Shown: piece after piece, positions 35,976 through 44,636 of the stretch
Position numbering within the stretch: the first letter of the stretch is position 1
Layout: every line of letters starts with the position of its first letter
DNA from: Minisyncoccota bacterium
Lineage (GTDB): Bacteria > Patescibacteriota > Minisyncoccia > Phycocordibacterales > JAQTLZ01
NCBI GenBank assembly: GCA_028714635.1
Contig: JAQTLZ010000003.1
Location: 21,237 to 85,236, forward strand
DNA: 64,000 nucleotides
Direction of reading: 5' to 3'
Position numbers and translations under genes: made by a program
Notes under the pieces: model-generated
What the model was told of the DNA's origin: nothing
The model's input: only the letters and a program-made list of their open reading frames with translations
The model's database searches: none

Positions 35976-37640
35976 TTACTTTTTATTAAGCAAGGAACGA
36001 GCAAGAAGCGATTCACATGTCTCCTCAATAAATCGCTTCACAGGACGTGCGCCGAATCGTGGATCAACCATAGTCTTAATTCTCGCCTCAAGAAGCGCAG
36101 GATCAATATCGAACTGCACTCTATGTTTGGAGAGTCGTGCTTCAATTTTCTTGATTTCAAGCTGTGCAACTTCGACAAGGCCTTTGAGAGAAAGCGGATT
36201 GAAAATAAGAATACTGTCGAAACGATTCAAAAATTCAAGGCGGAAAGTCTTCGCAAGCGCTGGAATAATCTTTTCTTTGAGAAAGGCTTCGCTTCCCACA
36301 TCATTTCCCTTTTCAAATTCTTTGAGAATCTCATCCACAGCAATATTCGAAGTCGCCATAATGATAGAGTGGCGAGCATCGACGGTTTCATTCTGGCCAG
36401 ATGTGAGCCGCCCATCATCAAGAACTTGAAGAAAAATATCGAATACTTTCGGGTGTGCCTTCTCAATTTCATCGAGGAGAATGAGACTGTGAGGTTCTTC
36501 CCGAAGCGCGTTGGTAAGTGCTCCTCCACTTTCATACCCGATGTACCCCGCTGGAGCGCCGATAAGCCTCTGCACAGTGTGATCCTGCCCGAATTCCGAC
36601 ATATCAAAACGGATAAATGTTTCGCTTCGGCCGAACATATTTTCTGCGATAAGTTTTGCTGTTTCGGTTTTCCCCACCCCAGAAGGGCCGAGCATAAGAA
36701 ACGAGCCCAATGGTTTATTCGGATTTCGAATTCCCAATTTCGCTCTCTGGAGCGTCGCCGCAATCTTCTTTATTGCTCCTTTTTGGTTGATTATTCTTTC
36801 GCTCAAAACAGACTCAAGATTTTTGAGCACATGAAGCTCATCGGGCTTCAATTGCGCTTTAGGAATTCCAGTTTTGCCCGCAACGACAGAAGCAATAATG
36901 TCATCCGAAAGCTCTTTCTTCCCAAGCGACACAGCATAGGCAAGACTTTCATCAAGAAGACTGACTGCTCCCCGAGGCAATTGCCCCAGTTTGGGAAATC
37001 GTTCCACAAAGCCCACAATTTCTTTGAGCACCGTATCCGAAACCAAAACATGTTCCCCATTCAGATTTGGTAGTGCTCTTTCAAGGATTTGCGCGTACTC
37101 AAGCGAAGTTTGATTCTTCACTTGTATCGTTTCAAAAGATTTAACAAATGCAGGATGTTCCCGCTCGAGCCATGCATATTCATTAGGTTCAAGGGCCAAA
37201 ACGATTCGCACGTGCGACTTTTTCAGAAGTATCTGATAGAGGCGAAAAATATTTTTAAGGAGTGAACTGTTGCCAAGTACCGCTCTTCCAAAATTATCTA
37301 TAAAAACTACAGATGGAGGCAAGGTCGTCAGTGCTTGCTCAAAATATTTTGCATAGGCTTCATTTTCAAGCTCATACAAATGCTCCGCATCAAGTTGGAT
37401 AAATTGGAGCGAATCAAACTCTTTCTTCCCTGCCATCTTTTTTATCCAGCCATAAACAAGGGTAGTTTTCCCGATGCCATTTGAGCCAACAACGAGGACA
37501 TTGTTGCTTATCTTTCGAGTCACGACACGTGTAAGCCGTTCCATTTCCTCGGTACGGCCAATAACGTTCGGCAATTTGCCCGAGCGAACTTCTTTTCGAA
37601 GATCAAAATATTCAATTTTTTTAAAATGAAAATCAGTCAT
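35976..37640 (-). CDS. Compact two-ring Clp/Hsp100-family AAA+ ATPase (D1+D2) with no N-domain, M-domain or ClpP-docking loop
   Basis: D1 has IGRTEEMERLTRVV...VVGSNGIGKTTLV with a degenerate Walker B, VVFIDNFG. D2 has LMLGPSGVGKTETAK, LILLDEIEKAH and GARPVKRFIEE. It is 554 aa against ~750-870 for ClpA/B/C, and has no IGF/IGL tripeptide. Confidence 0.8.
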   Translation of the reverse strand: MTDFHFKKIEYFDLRKEVRSGKLPNVIGRTEEMERLTRVVTRKISNNVLVVGSNGIGKTTLVYGWIKKMAGKKEFDSLQFIQLDAEHLYELENEAYAKYFEQALTTLPPSVVFIDNFGRAVLGNSSLLKNIFRLYQILLKKSHVRIVLALEPNEYAWLEREHPAFVKSFETIQVKNQTSLEYAQILERALPNLNGEHVLVSDTVLKEIVGFVERFPKLGQLPRGAVSLLDESLAYAVSLGKKELSDDIIASVVAGKTGIPKAQLKPDELHVLKNLESVLSERIINQKGAIKKIAATLQRAKLGIRNPNKPLGSFLMLGPSGVGKTETAKLIAENMFGRSETFIRFDMSEFGQDHTVQRLIGAPAGYIGYESGGALTNALREEPHSLILLDEIEKAHPKVFDIFLQVLDDGRLTSGQNETVDARHSIIMATSNIAVDEILKEFEKGNDVGSEAFLKEKIIPALAKTFRLEFLNRFDSILIFNPLSLKGLVEVAQLEIKKIEARLSKHRVQFDIDPALLEARIKTMVDPRFGARPVKRFIEETCESLLARSLLNKK

Positions 37641-37651
37641 GGAAATCTAAA

Positions 37652-39535
37652 TTACGCGGCTCGTCTCATTGTGATACCGCTCGACGGATCACTTTCGGTA
37701 TAGGTTCGTTCCGCTTCCAATTCGTCAATATTTGATTGCGGCTGTCTTCCGTTCACTCCGCTTAGAACTCCCGCTTTTTCTCGAGATTCACCAAAACGAG
37801 CATCCCTCTCCTGCCCTGAAAAGATATCGATTGTATTCGCACCCGTCTCGGAAATGTTTTCTTGCGCCTGGTCTCCTTTCCTTTCATTCTCAACCACGAT
37901 TCTCTTCGCTTCCGGACGAGAAAACTGAACATACGGAGAAGGAATAAGGACTTCATCAGAAATTTTATCCTCTTTTTTGTCTTCTTCTATTTTCTTCTCA
38001 ATAATGCCCGGCTTGTCTGCATTTTTTTCCGCCACTTCTCTTTTCTCAGGTGTTTCCTCCGGTTCTTTTCTTTCTTGTTTCTCTATTTTTATCGGCTTTT
38101 TCTTTTCTGCAATGACAACCTGTTTTTCCTTCTCCTTTGGCAGATCTTTTTTCTCCGCTTCTGGTACTATCGGAGGTTTATCTGGGGTTGTTATTTTTTC
38201 AAGAATAAACTCTTCTTCCCAAACTTCTTTGAGAGGAACAATTTGCTGTTCAATTTTATCCTCAGCAAAAGTATCTCCACCTCCTTCCGGATCTTCTGGC
38301 TCTGGCTCGGGAATGCTCACCAACTCAATTCCGGACGGCTGTTCTTCCTCGAAAATTCCTGCCTTTAAAGTCTCCTTAGCTTCCGTGCTATCCGTACCAG
38401 CTCTTTTACTCAAATCGCTTGGAATAAGGATATCTTCTCCTTCTTCTTTGAAAACGACTGGCTCCCGTTTCTCGTCTGCTTGGAAAACTTCTGGCGCTAA
38501 CAGCTCTTCAATAATTTCTTCTTTCTTTTCGGAATGTACTTCTACCACTTCGGATTCTTCCTCTGACTCCCGCTCCAAACGCTCTTGGCTATTCACGCGA
38601 GCGATTGCTTCGAAGTTTTCAGTTTTTTCTGCAAAAATCTCTGCTTTTCCTTGCACTTTCTCTTCCGGTGCTTGCCTCTCTGGCGCTTCTCTAGGCGAGA
38701 TATTTATAATCGTATTCAAATGAGAAGTTTCAAATAACGGAGCGATAGAGATTGAGTCCACCGCATCCACTTGCGTGTTTTCTCCATTCGTCCCATTCAC
38801 AAGAGATGCGTCGGAAAAAATTCCTGAAGCATTTTCCATCCCCATTTGCTCTCGCAATTCGGCATTTACATCAATTACGAGCGGCCCGCTATCGTTATCA
38901 CTATCTCCATCAAAAGATGTGCTTACTATTTCTGAATCATCATATCCATCATCAGTCTCTTCTCGTATTACAAGTTCTTTTTCAGGATGTAAATAATAGG
39001 AATATTTAATCTCATTATTCTGTCCTTCAAGCCTGACAAATGTAATATGAGTGCCTTTTTCATCAACAAATTTGAAAGTGTAGGAACCTTTTTCGGCCAA
39101 GCCCTTTCTCATCTCCTCATCCGCCTTTCGAAAATTTTCATTCTCATTAACAGAGCCTTTCCCTGTTTTATCAGTCAAACACTCATCCGTTGCTAAATCA
39201 TAAATTTTCCCATCTGCTTCGTTAAAATACGTACTGTCGCCGGATATGTTCACCTCATCATCCACCCCCCATTCCTTACTTTTCCCTCCGTGTTCTTTCG
39301 CGATGACTGCCCGAATATCCCCATCTCTCCACTCTCCTCTCTCGGCTTTTCGCGCCTCCCTTTTCGCTTCTAAATTTTCTTGTTTAAGCCTTTCTTCATT
39401 CGCAACATCTTCGGGAGACTTGGTATCCTCTCGAGAATCTGCAGGAACTCTCTCGACAGGAGGAATATCCTCAAGTACGGGAGCTTGAGGTTTATCTATG
39501 AAATCTTCTGGTATTTCTTGCAGTGTTTCTGGCAT
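37652..39535 (-). CDS. Highly acidic (D/E-rich), largely low-complexity hypothetical protein
   Basis: About 627 aa with long E/K/D-rich stretches and no TM or signal peptide. The track ORF uses TTG 39553; ATG 39535 (MPETLQEIP) is more plausible because 39553 abuts the terminator U-run. Confidence 0.45.
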   Translation of the reverse strand: MPETLQEIPEDFIDKPQAPVLEDIPPVERVPADSREDTKSPEDVANEERLKQENLEAKREARKAERGEWRDGDIRAVIAKEHGGKSKEWGVDDEVNISGDSTYFNEADGKIYDLATDECLTDKTGKGSVNENENFRKADEEMRKGLAEKGSYTFKFVDEKGTHITFVRLEGQNNEIKYSYYLHPEKELVIREETDDGYDDSEIVSTSFDGDSDNDSGPLVIDVNAELREQMGMENASGIFSDASLVNGTNGENTQVDAVDSISIAPLFETSHLNTIINISPREAPERQAPEEKVQGKAEIFAEKTENFEAIARVNSQERLERESEEESEVVEVHSEKKEEIIEELLAPEVFQADEKREPVVFKEEGEDILIPSDLSKRAGTDSTEAKETLKAGIFEEEQPSGIELVSIPEPEPEDPEGGGDTFAEDKIEQQIVPLKEVWEEEFILEKITTPDKPPIVPEAEKKDLPKEKEKQVVIAEKKKPIKIEKQERKEPEETPEKREVAEKNADKPGIIEKKIEEDKKEDKISDEVLIPSPYVQFSRPEAKRIVVENERKGDQAQENISETGANTIDIFSGQERDARFGESREKAGVLSGVNGRQPQSNIDELEAERTYTESDPSSGITMRRAA

Positions 39536-39551
39536 GAAAATAAATAAAGAC

Positions 39552-39577
39552 AAAAAATCCTTCTCGATGAAAGAAGG
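39552..39577 (-). terminator. Intrinsic terminator immediately upstream of the acidic-protein gene
   Basis: Minus strand reads CCUUCU-UUCAUCG-AGAAGG followed by AUUUUUUG. It lies 17 nt before ATG 39535. Confidence 0.6.
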
Positions 39578-39745
39578 TGGCGAAGAGGCGCAAGCGCGTA
39601 CTCTTTAATCTCACATCCTTTACTCGAGGACTGACGAAACATACTTTCGTGCGCGGTATTCGGACTTCCCTCTTTCGAGAGTTACCGTAGCGGTACTGTG
39701 CCGGAATTACACCGGACTTCCCCAACGCAACGAAATAATTTTTCA
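39552..39745 (-). ncRNA. Candidate structured leader / riboswitch-like attenuator or small RNA of unknown class
   Basis: A ~190-nt minus-strand segment with moderate GC and several local hairpins (CCGG-UGUAAUU-CCGG, CUCU-CGAA-AGAG, ACGAAA-GUAUG-UUUCGU). It carries two copies of GGGAAGUCCG and ends in a terminator just before a gene start. No convincing protein-coding potential. Confidence 0.35.
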
Positions 39746-39895
39746 AAAACAACAATCAAAACCGGAAACGTATAAGGATATTATATGTCACAGAGAAACA
39801 CGTGCAAGAGTGGATTACTACGCACAGCACACATTAAAATAAAAGCTAGGGAAAAATTTTTAAAGCTCATAAAATAAGGAGATTCCTGGAATTAG

Positions 39896-40780
39896 CTAAG
39901 AACACATCTCTTCAATCACTCCGTCCGTTAGATCATTATTACTAGGAAAAATCTGTGTGGCCCCAACTTTCTTTGCAATTGCAAGATAAACAGATTGTCC
40001 AACGGCAATATTGTCGCAAAACGCCGGATCTTTCGGATACATCTTTTTTAATTCATCGATTGGTGTTCGCCTTAATTTCTGGACATAATCAGAAAAACCA
40101 TCCGGAGAAAAAAGCATGGTGTGCGCAGAAAATGCGCCTGGTGTAAAAGATAACTTAAGAGGAGAACTAATTAATTCTACGAAATGCAAGATTCCAGTGA
40201 CAAAAATAATATCTGCCTTTTCGGTTATAATCATTTCCGCCTCTAAATACTTATCGAGACTATCCCAATCAATAGCGCCATCACCCCGTAAAAATTTTCC
40301 CTTCAAAAATTTAACTCCAAAAGGGAATTTATTAAAGCTTTTTAGATCTTTCTTATCTCCAAAAACTAATTCTGTACTTCCTCCGCCAATATTTACTGCT
40401 GCAAACTGGATTTTTGATGGAATCACATTAACAAACCCTTTATAGAGATAAAGAGTTTCTTTCTCTTGAGAAATAACCTCTGGCGTCACAGAAAGAATGT
40501 CCTCAACCATTCTACAAAACTCGGGAGCATTTTTTGCTTTTCTCAAAGCCTCTGTGCCAAGGACTTTTAGCATTTTCACGCCTTCTTTTTTATTTCGGAC
40601 CAAAGCAACCGAAAGAAGCTCTGAAGTTCTTTGAAATGCCTCAGGAGCAATATTTTCAGCTACACCGAGACCAACATCGGAATATCGTTCAAAATGAATA
40701 AGTTTTTTAGGACCCGGTTTTACTTCAAAAATATAATGTTTGAGACTTTGGGTTCCGATATCGATGATGGAGATTTTCAT
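39896..40780 (-). CDS. Ppx/GppA-family phosphatase (exopolyphosphatase / pppGpp phosphohydrolase fold)
   Basis: MKISIIDIGTQSLKHYIF matches the Ppx/GppA N-terminal (I/A)IDLGSNS motif. ASKHA fold, ~294 aa. Confidence 0.65.
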   Translation of the reverse strand: MKISIIDIGTQSLKHYIFEVKPGPKKLIHFERYSDVGLGVAENIAPEAFQRTSELLSVALVRNKKEGVKMLKVLGTEALRKAKNAPEFCRMVEDILSVTPEVISQEKETLYLYKGFVNVIPSKIQFAAVNIGGGSTELVFGDKKDLKSFNKFPFGVKFLKGKFLRGDGAIDWDSLDKYLEAEMIITEKADIIFVTGILHFVELISSPLKLSFTPGAFSAHTMLFSPDGFSDYVQKLRRTPIDELKKMYPKDPAFCDNIAVGQSVYLAIAKKVGATQIFPSNNDLTDGVIEEMCS

Positions 40781-41205
40781 GAATTGAAGTAAACTCTTTT
40801 TTTCTGGTAATTTTCTAAAATAACTTTCGATCCCGAGAAAAGAGGCTCTGGCAGATTATCGAGCGGATACCAATCCCATTCTCCGCTTTTTTCTGGCTCC
40901 ATCACCCGCGGCTCTCCGCTTGACCAATCTGCCGACATCCCGATATGAACATAATGCCGAGGGGGATATAATTTCGTCGTACCAACCGAAACAAATCGAA
41001 TATTTTTTATTTCAATATCGCATTCCTCTTTCGTTTCGCGCATTGCGCACTCTTCAAACGTCTCCATATACTCCAAATGTCCCCCGGGAAATTGATATTC
41101 TCCATTGCCAAATTGCCCTTTTCTTTTAGCTAAAAGAATTTTTCCGTCTTTGAAAACAATGACACCCATCCCCACTCTGGGTTTTAATTCTTTTGAATCA
41201 ACCAT
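40777..41205 (-). CDS. NUDIX hydrolase
   Basis: Nudix box GGHLEYMETFEECAMRETKEECDI (GX5EX7REUXEEXGU). Confidence 0.8.
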   Translation of the reverse strand: MVDSKELKPRVGMGVIVFKDGKILLAKRKGQFGNGEYQFPGGHLEYMETFEECAMRETKEECDIEIKNIRFVSVGTTKLYPPRHYVHIGMSADWSSGEPRVMEPEKSGEWDWYPLDNLPEPLFSGSKVILENYQKKRVYFNS

Positions 41206-41218
41206 AAAAAATGTTTTA

Positions 41219-41764
41219 TTAAAACTTCATATGGAACCAATCAAGCCCGTAAATGTCGTTTATAAGCGTTCTTTCTCCTTTAGCCCACGTTTTATTTTTT
41301 GAAAGACCGAGAAGCACGATTGCTTCTTTCACGTGTTCTTCACTGCTCCCTTCGATTTCCAGATACGCTGGCATTTTTGGATACTGATCGATATCAAATA
41401 CCCAGTCTTTCAAAACAAAAGAGATCCTATCTTTTTCCTGATGGCCGTAAAGCTCGAGACCAAATTCTTCAAAAAGATCGGCTAATTTTTCGGATTCCTC
41501 AATATTAAAATTAATTTCTTTGTGCTTGCGAGCAGTTCCCAAAATTTCTGATTTGGCTTTCCACGTCACTTCACGTTTCCCTTCTGAATTCTGCCTAATT
41601 CGAAGAAACCACGGATCATCACCTGCATGAGTAAGTCCCTTCGGACCAAACCAATCCACAATCAGACGAGTCTCTTTGGTTCTTTTTGCTCCAAGTTTTG
41701 TGAGTTTCGCGATCAAATCCCCGCTGTCGATATCCAAAACCTTCGTCTCAATTTCATGCGCCAT
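41219..41764 (-). CDS. CYTH-domain protein (triphosphate tunnel metalloenzyme / class IV adenylyl cyclase-like)
   Basis: N-terminal HEIETKVL is the CYTH ExExK signature; ~180 aa. Confidence 0.65.
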   Translation of the reverse strand: MAHEIETKVLDIDSGDLIAKLTKLGAKRTKETRLIVDWFGPKGLTHAGDDPWFLRIRQNSEGKREVTWKAKSEILGTARKHKEINFNIEESEKLADLFEEFGLELYGHQEKDRISFVLKDWVFDIDQYPKMPAYLEIEGSSEEHVKEAIVLLGLSKNKTWAKGERTLINDIYGLDWFHMKF

Positions 41765-41769
41765 AAAAG

Positions 41770-42396
41770 TTAAGAGAAAATTTTAGCCACCGTGTCCGCA
41801 AAAGAAATATCCTTCAGCATGTCCCTTTTCCAACTCTGAACGAACTTCGTAAGAAACTTCTTCGCAATCTTGTCTTTCATGCCTTGTATCATTTTGATAA
41901 AAGTCGAGCTGATGAGCTTTACGTCAGATTTCATGAATTTATTGGCATACATTTTAAAATGCACAGCCTCTATATAATCAGCAATTTTTGCGATCCGCGA
42001 TTCATCTGATTCAAAAGCTTGTTCTTCTTTTAAAAGATCTGCAAAATATCCTTTCTGTGCACCAAAAAGACCGGAAAGATAGCGCTGATTTTCTATTTCA
42101 AATTTCTTAGCGTGCTTATAAGCTTCGGGATTTGCTTTCCTGTATCGCATAGAAATATCGCCCCCAAAGAGTTCGCCCAGATCATGCACGAGCGAAAGTT
42201 CAAGAACTTTTTTTATGTCGATCTTTGCACCTTTTGCATTAAGAGAAGCGGCGATCTGCCATGCAAGCATTGCTACCAAATATTGATGCTCTGCCAAATT
42301 CGAAAGCGGCATGTCTCCGCCATTTACGGCATACCCATATTGCGGCTGTTTGCGGGTGAGTTCCAAAATATGGAAAAGTTTCGTAAGGTGTTCCAT
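41770..42396 (-). CDS. HD-domain phosphohydrolase (YfbR-like 5'-deoxynucleotidase type)
   Basis: H...HDLGE metal-binding motif (SLVHDLGELFGGD); ~208 aa. Confidence 0.65.
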   Translation of the reverse strand: MEHLTKLFHILELTRKQPQYGYAVNGGDMPLSNLAEHQYLVAMLAWQIAASLNAKGAKIDIKKVLELSLVHDLGELFGGDISMRYRKANPEAYKHAKKFEIENQRYLSGLFGAQKGYFADLLKEEQAFESDESRIAKIADYIEAVHFKMYANKFMKSDVKLISSTFIKMIQGMKDKIAKKFLTKFVQSWKRDMLKDISFADTVAKIFS

Positions 42397-42452
42397 GCCG
42401 ATTATAGTAGCAAAAATTTAAAAAACAGTCTTCAGTGAGAAATTTCGAGTTC

Positions 42453-42480
42453 TTGACTCCTCCACTTAACATGCTAAGAT
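42453..42480 (+). promoter_or_regulatory. Sigma70-like promoter TTGACT-16 nt-TAAGAT, 6 nt upstream of the marR ATG (leaderless)
   Basis: -35 at 42453..42458 and -10 at 42475..42480, with the ATG at 42487. Confidence 0.5.
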
Positions 42481-42486
42481 AAAGAA

Positions 42487-42933
42487 ATGAAACAAAAAGT
42501 ACCTATAGAAATAGTGCTTCGTCCCACATTCCGATTCGCCTTTACGATGGCACGCTTGAGCGGCAGAATTCTGCGCAATGAAATTGGCATCGGCATCTCG
42601 CAATTTAGGATGCTCGCTGCCCTCTCCAACCTGCCGAACTCTTCGCAGAAAAAGATCGCCAGCTTCTGGGACGTCACCGAAGCCTCGATCAGCCGGCAAA
42701 TCCAAAATCTCCTTGCAAAAGATCTTATTGTGAAGACAAAGAATCCAGAAAATATTCGAAGTCCTTTTTTAAATGTGAGCGAAAAAGGAAAAAAACTTTT
42801 AAAAAAATCACTCCACCACATCGATCGTCATGCCGAGACCACCTTCAACACCATCACTCCCGAGGAACGAAAAACCCTTTCTCGCCTACTTGAAAAAATG
42901 TTCGTCTGCGCGAAAAAAGAAGTCGAAATCTAA
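42487..42933 (+). CDS. MarR-family transcriptional regulator
   Basis: Winged-HTH segment SQFRMLAALSNLPNSSQKKIASFWDVTEASISRQIQNLLAKDLIVK; ~148 aa. Confidence 0.75.
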   Translation: MKQKVPIEIVLRPTFRFAFTMARLSGRILRNEIGIGISQFRMLAALSNLPNSSQKKIASFWDVTEASISRQIQNLLAKDLIVKTKNPENIRSPFLNVSEKGKKLLKKSLHHIDRHAETTFNTITPEERKTLSRLLEKMFVCAKKEVEI

Positions 42934-42945
42934 TATAATAAAACT

Positions 42946-44622
42946 ATGCACAAATATAAAAAAATAAAATTGTGGTTTCTCGCTCATAAAATTATTGGAT
43001 TAATAGTAGTTCTTGCTATCGTTTTCGGCGCCTACCAAATCTATAAGCACTACACTGCCCCCTCGACCGAACCTCGATACATCCTCGCAACTGTCGAAAA
43101 AGGTACTATTACCTCTTCGGTCACCGGAACAGGCCAAGTTTCCGCTTCGAATCAAATTGAACTCAAAGCAAAAGTTTCTGGCGAAGTAGTGGCCCTCAAT
43201 GCGAAAACGGGTGATGAAATAAAAGCTGGAAGCACTATTCTTCAGATAGACTCATTCGATGCGGGCATTGAACTCGAAAACGCAAAAATTGCTTATAAAG
43301 ACCTCATTACTGTCGAACCACTTGATATTATAAAGGCGCAAAATACCCTCAATAATGCCGAGAGTTCACTCACTACCGCCTACAACAATGCTCTCGGAAC
43401 CCTTACAGCATCTTCCTTCGATATGTCTAAAGTTCACGACGATCTTAATTCCCTTTTGTCGGGAAATGGATATTTACGCCAGACAAACTACGGTCTGGAT
43501 GGAACTGAGAGAACATACCGAACGAAGGCATACGAAAGTTTCGTAACCGCAGAAACAGCTTTTTACGCATTTCAGAAAGATATCGTTGGTATTTCAGCGA
43601 AAACGAATCCTGAAATTATAGAAGCTAAGGTCATAAATGGATACCAAACCGCGAATATAGTCGCCAAAGCTGCAAAAGACGCGAAAGATGCAGTCTCATA
43701 CACAAGCCGATACGCGGAAGCAAGCGATACGGACGCGAGTGAAGCAAATGCAGCGGTAAGCTCGCTCACAGCCACAATAAACTCTGCCGTAGCAAACCTT
43801 CTTTCAGCCAAAGAATCTATTGCATCAGGAAAACGAAACCTTGAAGAAACGAGGCTCAACCTTGCCGACGTAAAAAACGGGCCAAAAGAGACAGACGTAA
43901 AATCAAGCGAACTAAATGTGCGTCAAAAAGAAAAAGCCTACTACGATCACTTTATTACAGCTCCTTTTAATGGCATCGTAGGCCGGCTGGACGTAGAAAA
44001 GAATGATTCGATTTCGAGTGGGAGTGTAGTTGGCATCTTTCTCAGTAAAACAAAGATCGCCGATATTTCCCTTAATGAAGTAGACATCGCTCATATCAAA
44101 GTCGGACAAAAAGTAACGCTGACCTTCGATGCAGTAGAAGGACTTTCTATTTCTGGAGAAGTCGTCGAGATGGACCTTGTGGGCACAGTCACGCAGGGAG
44201 TGGTGAATTACAATGTAAAAGTCGCATTCAACACCGAAGATGACCGGGTAAAAGCTGGGATGAGCGCGAACGCGGTGATTGTGACAAGCACGATAGGAAA
44301 TGTACTGGCGATACCAAATAGCGCTGTAAAAATAAGGGGTGAAAAACATTATGTAGAAATTCTCCCCGATGCTTCAGGAGATACTTCCTCAAAATCAGGA
44401 GTGACTTCATCTGCTTTGCCGATTCAGCAAGAAATAGAGATTGGCACTGCGGGTGATACAAAGACAGAAATCACTTCGGGACTCAAAGAAGGAGATAAGA
44501 TCATTGTACGAACGATTGCCGCATCGGCATCCCCCACAACTTCTCAAGCACCGAGCATCTTTGGGGGAGGAACGCGTACAACAACTGGAGGCGGAGCAAA
44601 TCGCGGTACAACAGGAAGATAG
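42946..44622 (+). CDS. HlyD/MacA-family periplasmic adaptor (membrane fusion protein) with a long coiled-coil insert
   Basis: N-terminal TM, beta-barrel/lipoyl-like motifs (VSGEVVALNAKTGDEIKAGSTILQIDS) and a C-terminal MacA-like domain. Sits upstream of the macB-like genes. Confidence 0.7.
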   Translation: MHKYKKIKLWFLAHKIIGLIVVLAIVFGAYQIYKHYTAPSTEPRYILATVEKGTITSSVTGTGQVSASNQIELKAKVSGEVVALNAKTGDEIKAGSTILQIDSFDAGIELENAKIAYKDLITVEPLDIIKAQNTLNNAESSLTTAYNNALGTLTASSFDMSKVHDDLNSLLSGNGYLRQTNYGLDGTERTYRTKAYESFVTAETAFYAFQKDIVGISAKTNPEIIEAKVINGYQTANIVAKAAKDAKDAVSYTSRYAEASDTDASEANAAVSSLTATINSAVANLLSAKESIASGKRNLEETRLNLADVKNGPKETDVKSSELNVRQKEKAYYDHFITAPFNGIVGRLDVEKNDSISSGSVVGIFLSKTKIADISLNEVDIAHIKVGQKVTLTFDAVEGLSISGEVVEMDLVGTVTQGVVNYNVKVAFNTEDDRVKAGMSANAVIVTSTIGNVLAIPNSAVKIRGEKHYVEILPDASGDTSSKSGVTSSALPIQQEIEIGTAGDTKTEITSGLKEGDKIIVRTIAASASPTTSQAPSIFGGGTRTTTGGGANRGTTGR

Positions 44623-44636
44623 AAACTTCAGTAACC

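Noticed and set aside
35823-37073. 416-aa plus-strand ORF and the ORF 35866..36429, antisense to the Clp-like gene
   Set aside because: They lack motifs and sit opposite a gene that has unambiguous AAA+ signatures.
37862-38723. Plus-strand ORFs (F/L/S-rich) opposite the acidic-protein gene
   Set aside because: They are the mirror image of the purine-rich E/K/D coding strand. Low-complexity antisense artefact.
39552-39745. Assignment of the structured RNA to RNase P RNA, SRP RNA, tmRNA, or a TPP or T-box riboswitch
   Set aside because: GGGAAGUCCGG superficially recalls the RNase P P4 GGAAAGUCCGG. But the element is far too short at about 190 nt, and lacks the other conserved RNase P blocks. 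It also lacks the SRP GGAA-tetraloop/AGCA motif, a tRNA-like 3' end, and the TPP or T-box consensus. It is left unclassified.
39492-39755. 87-aa minus-strand ORF (MLFLKNYFVALGKSG...) covering the structured leader region
   Set aside because: It is highly basic and odd in composition, runs through hairpins and the terminator, and overlaps the downstream gene start. A non-coding RNA interpretation fits better.
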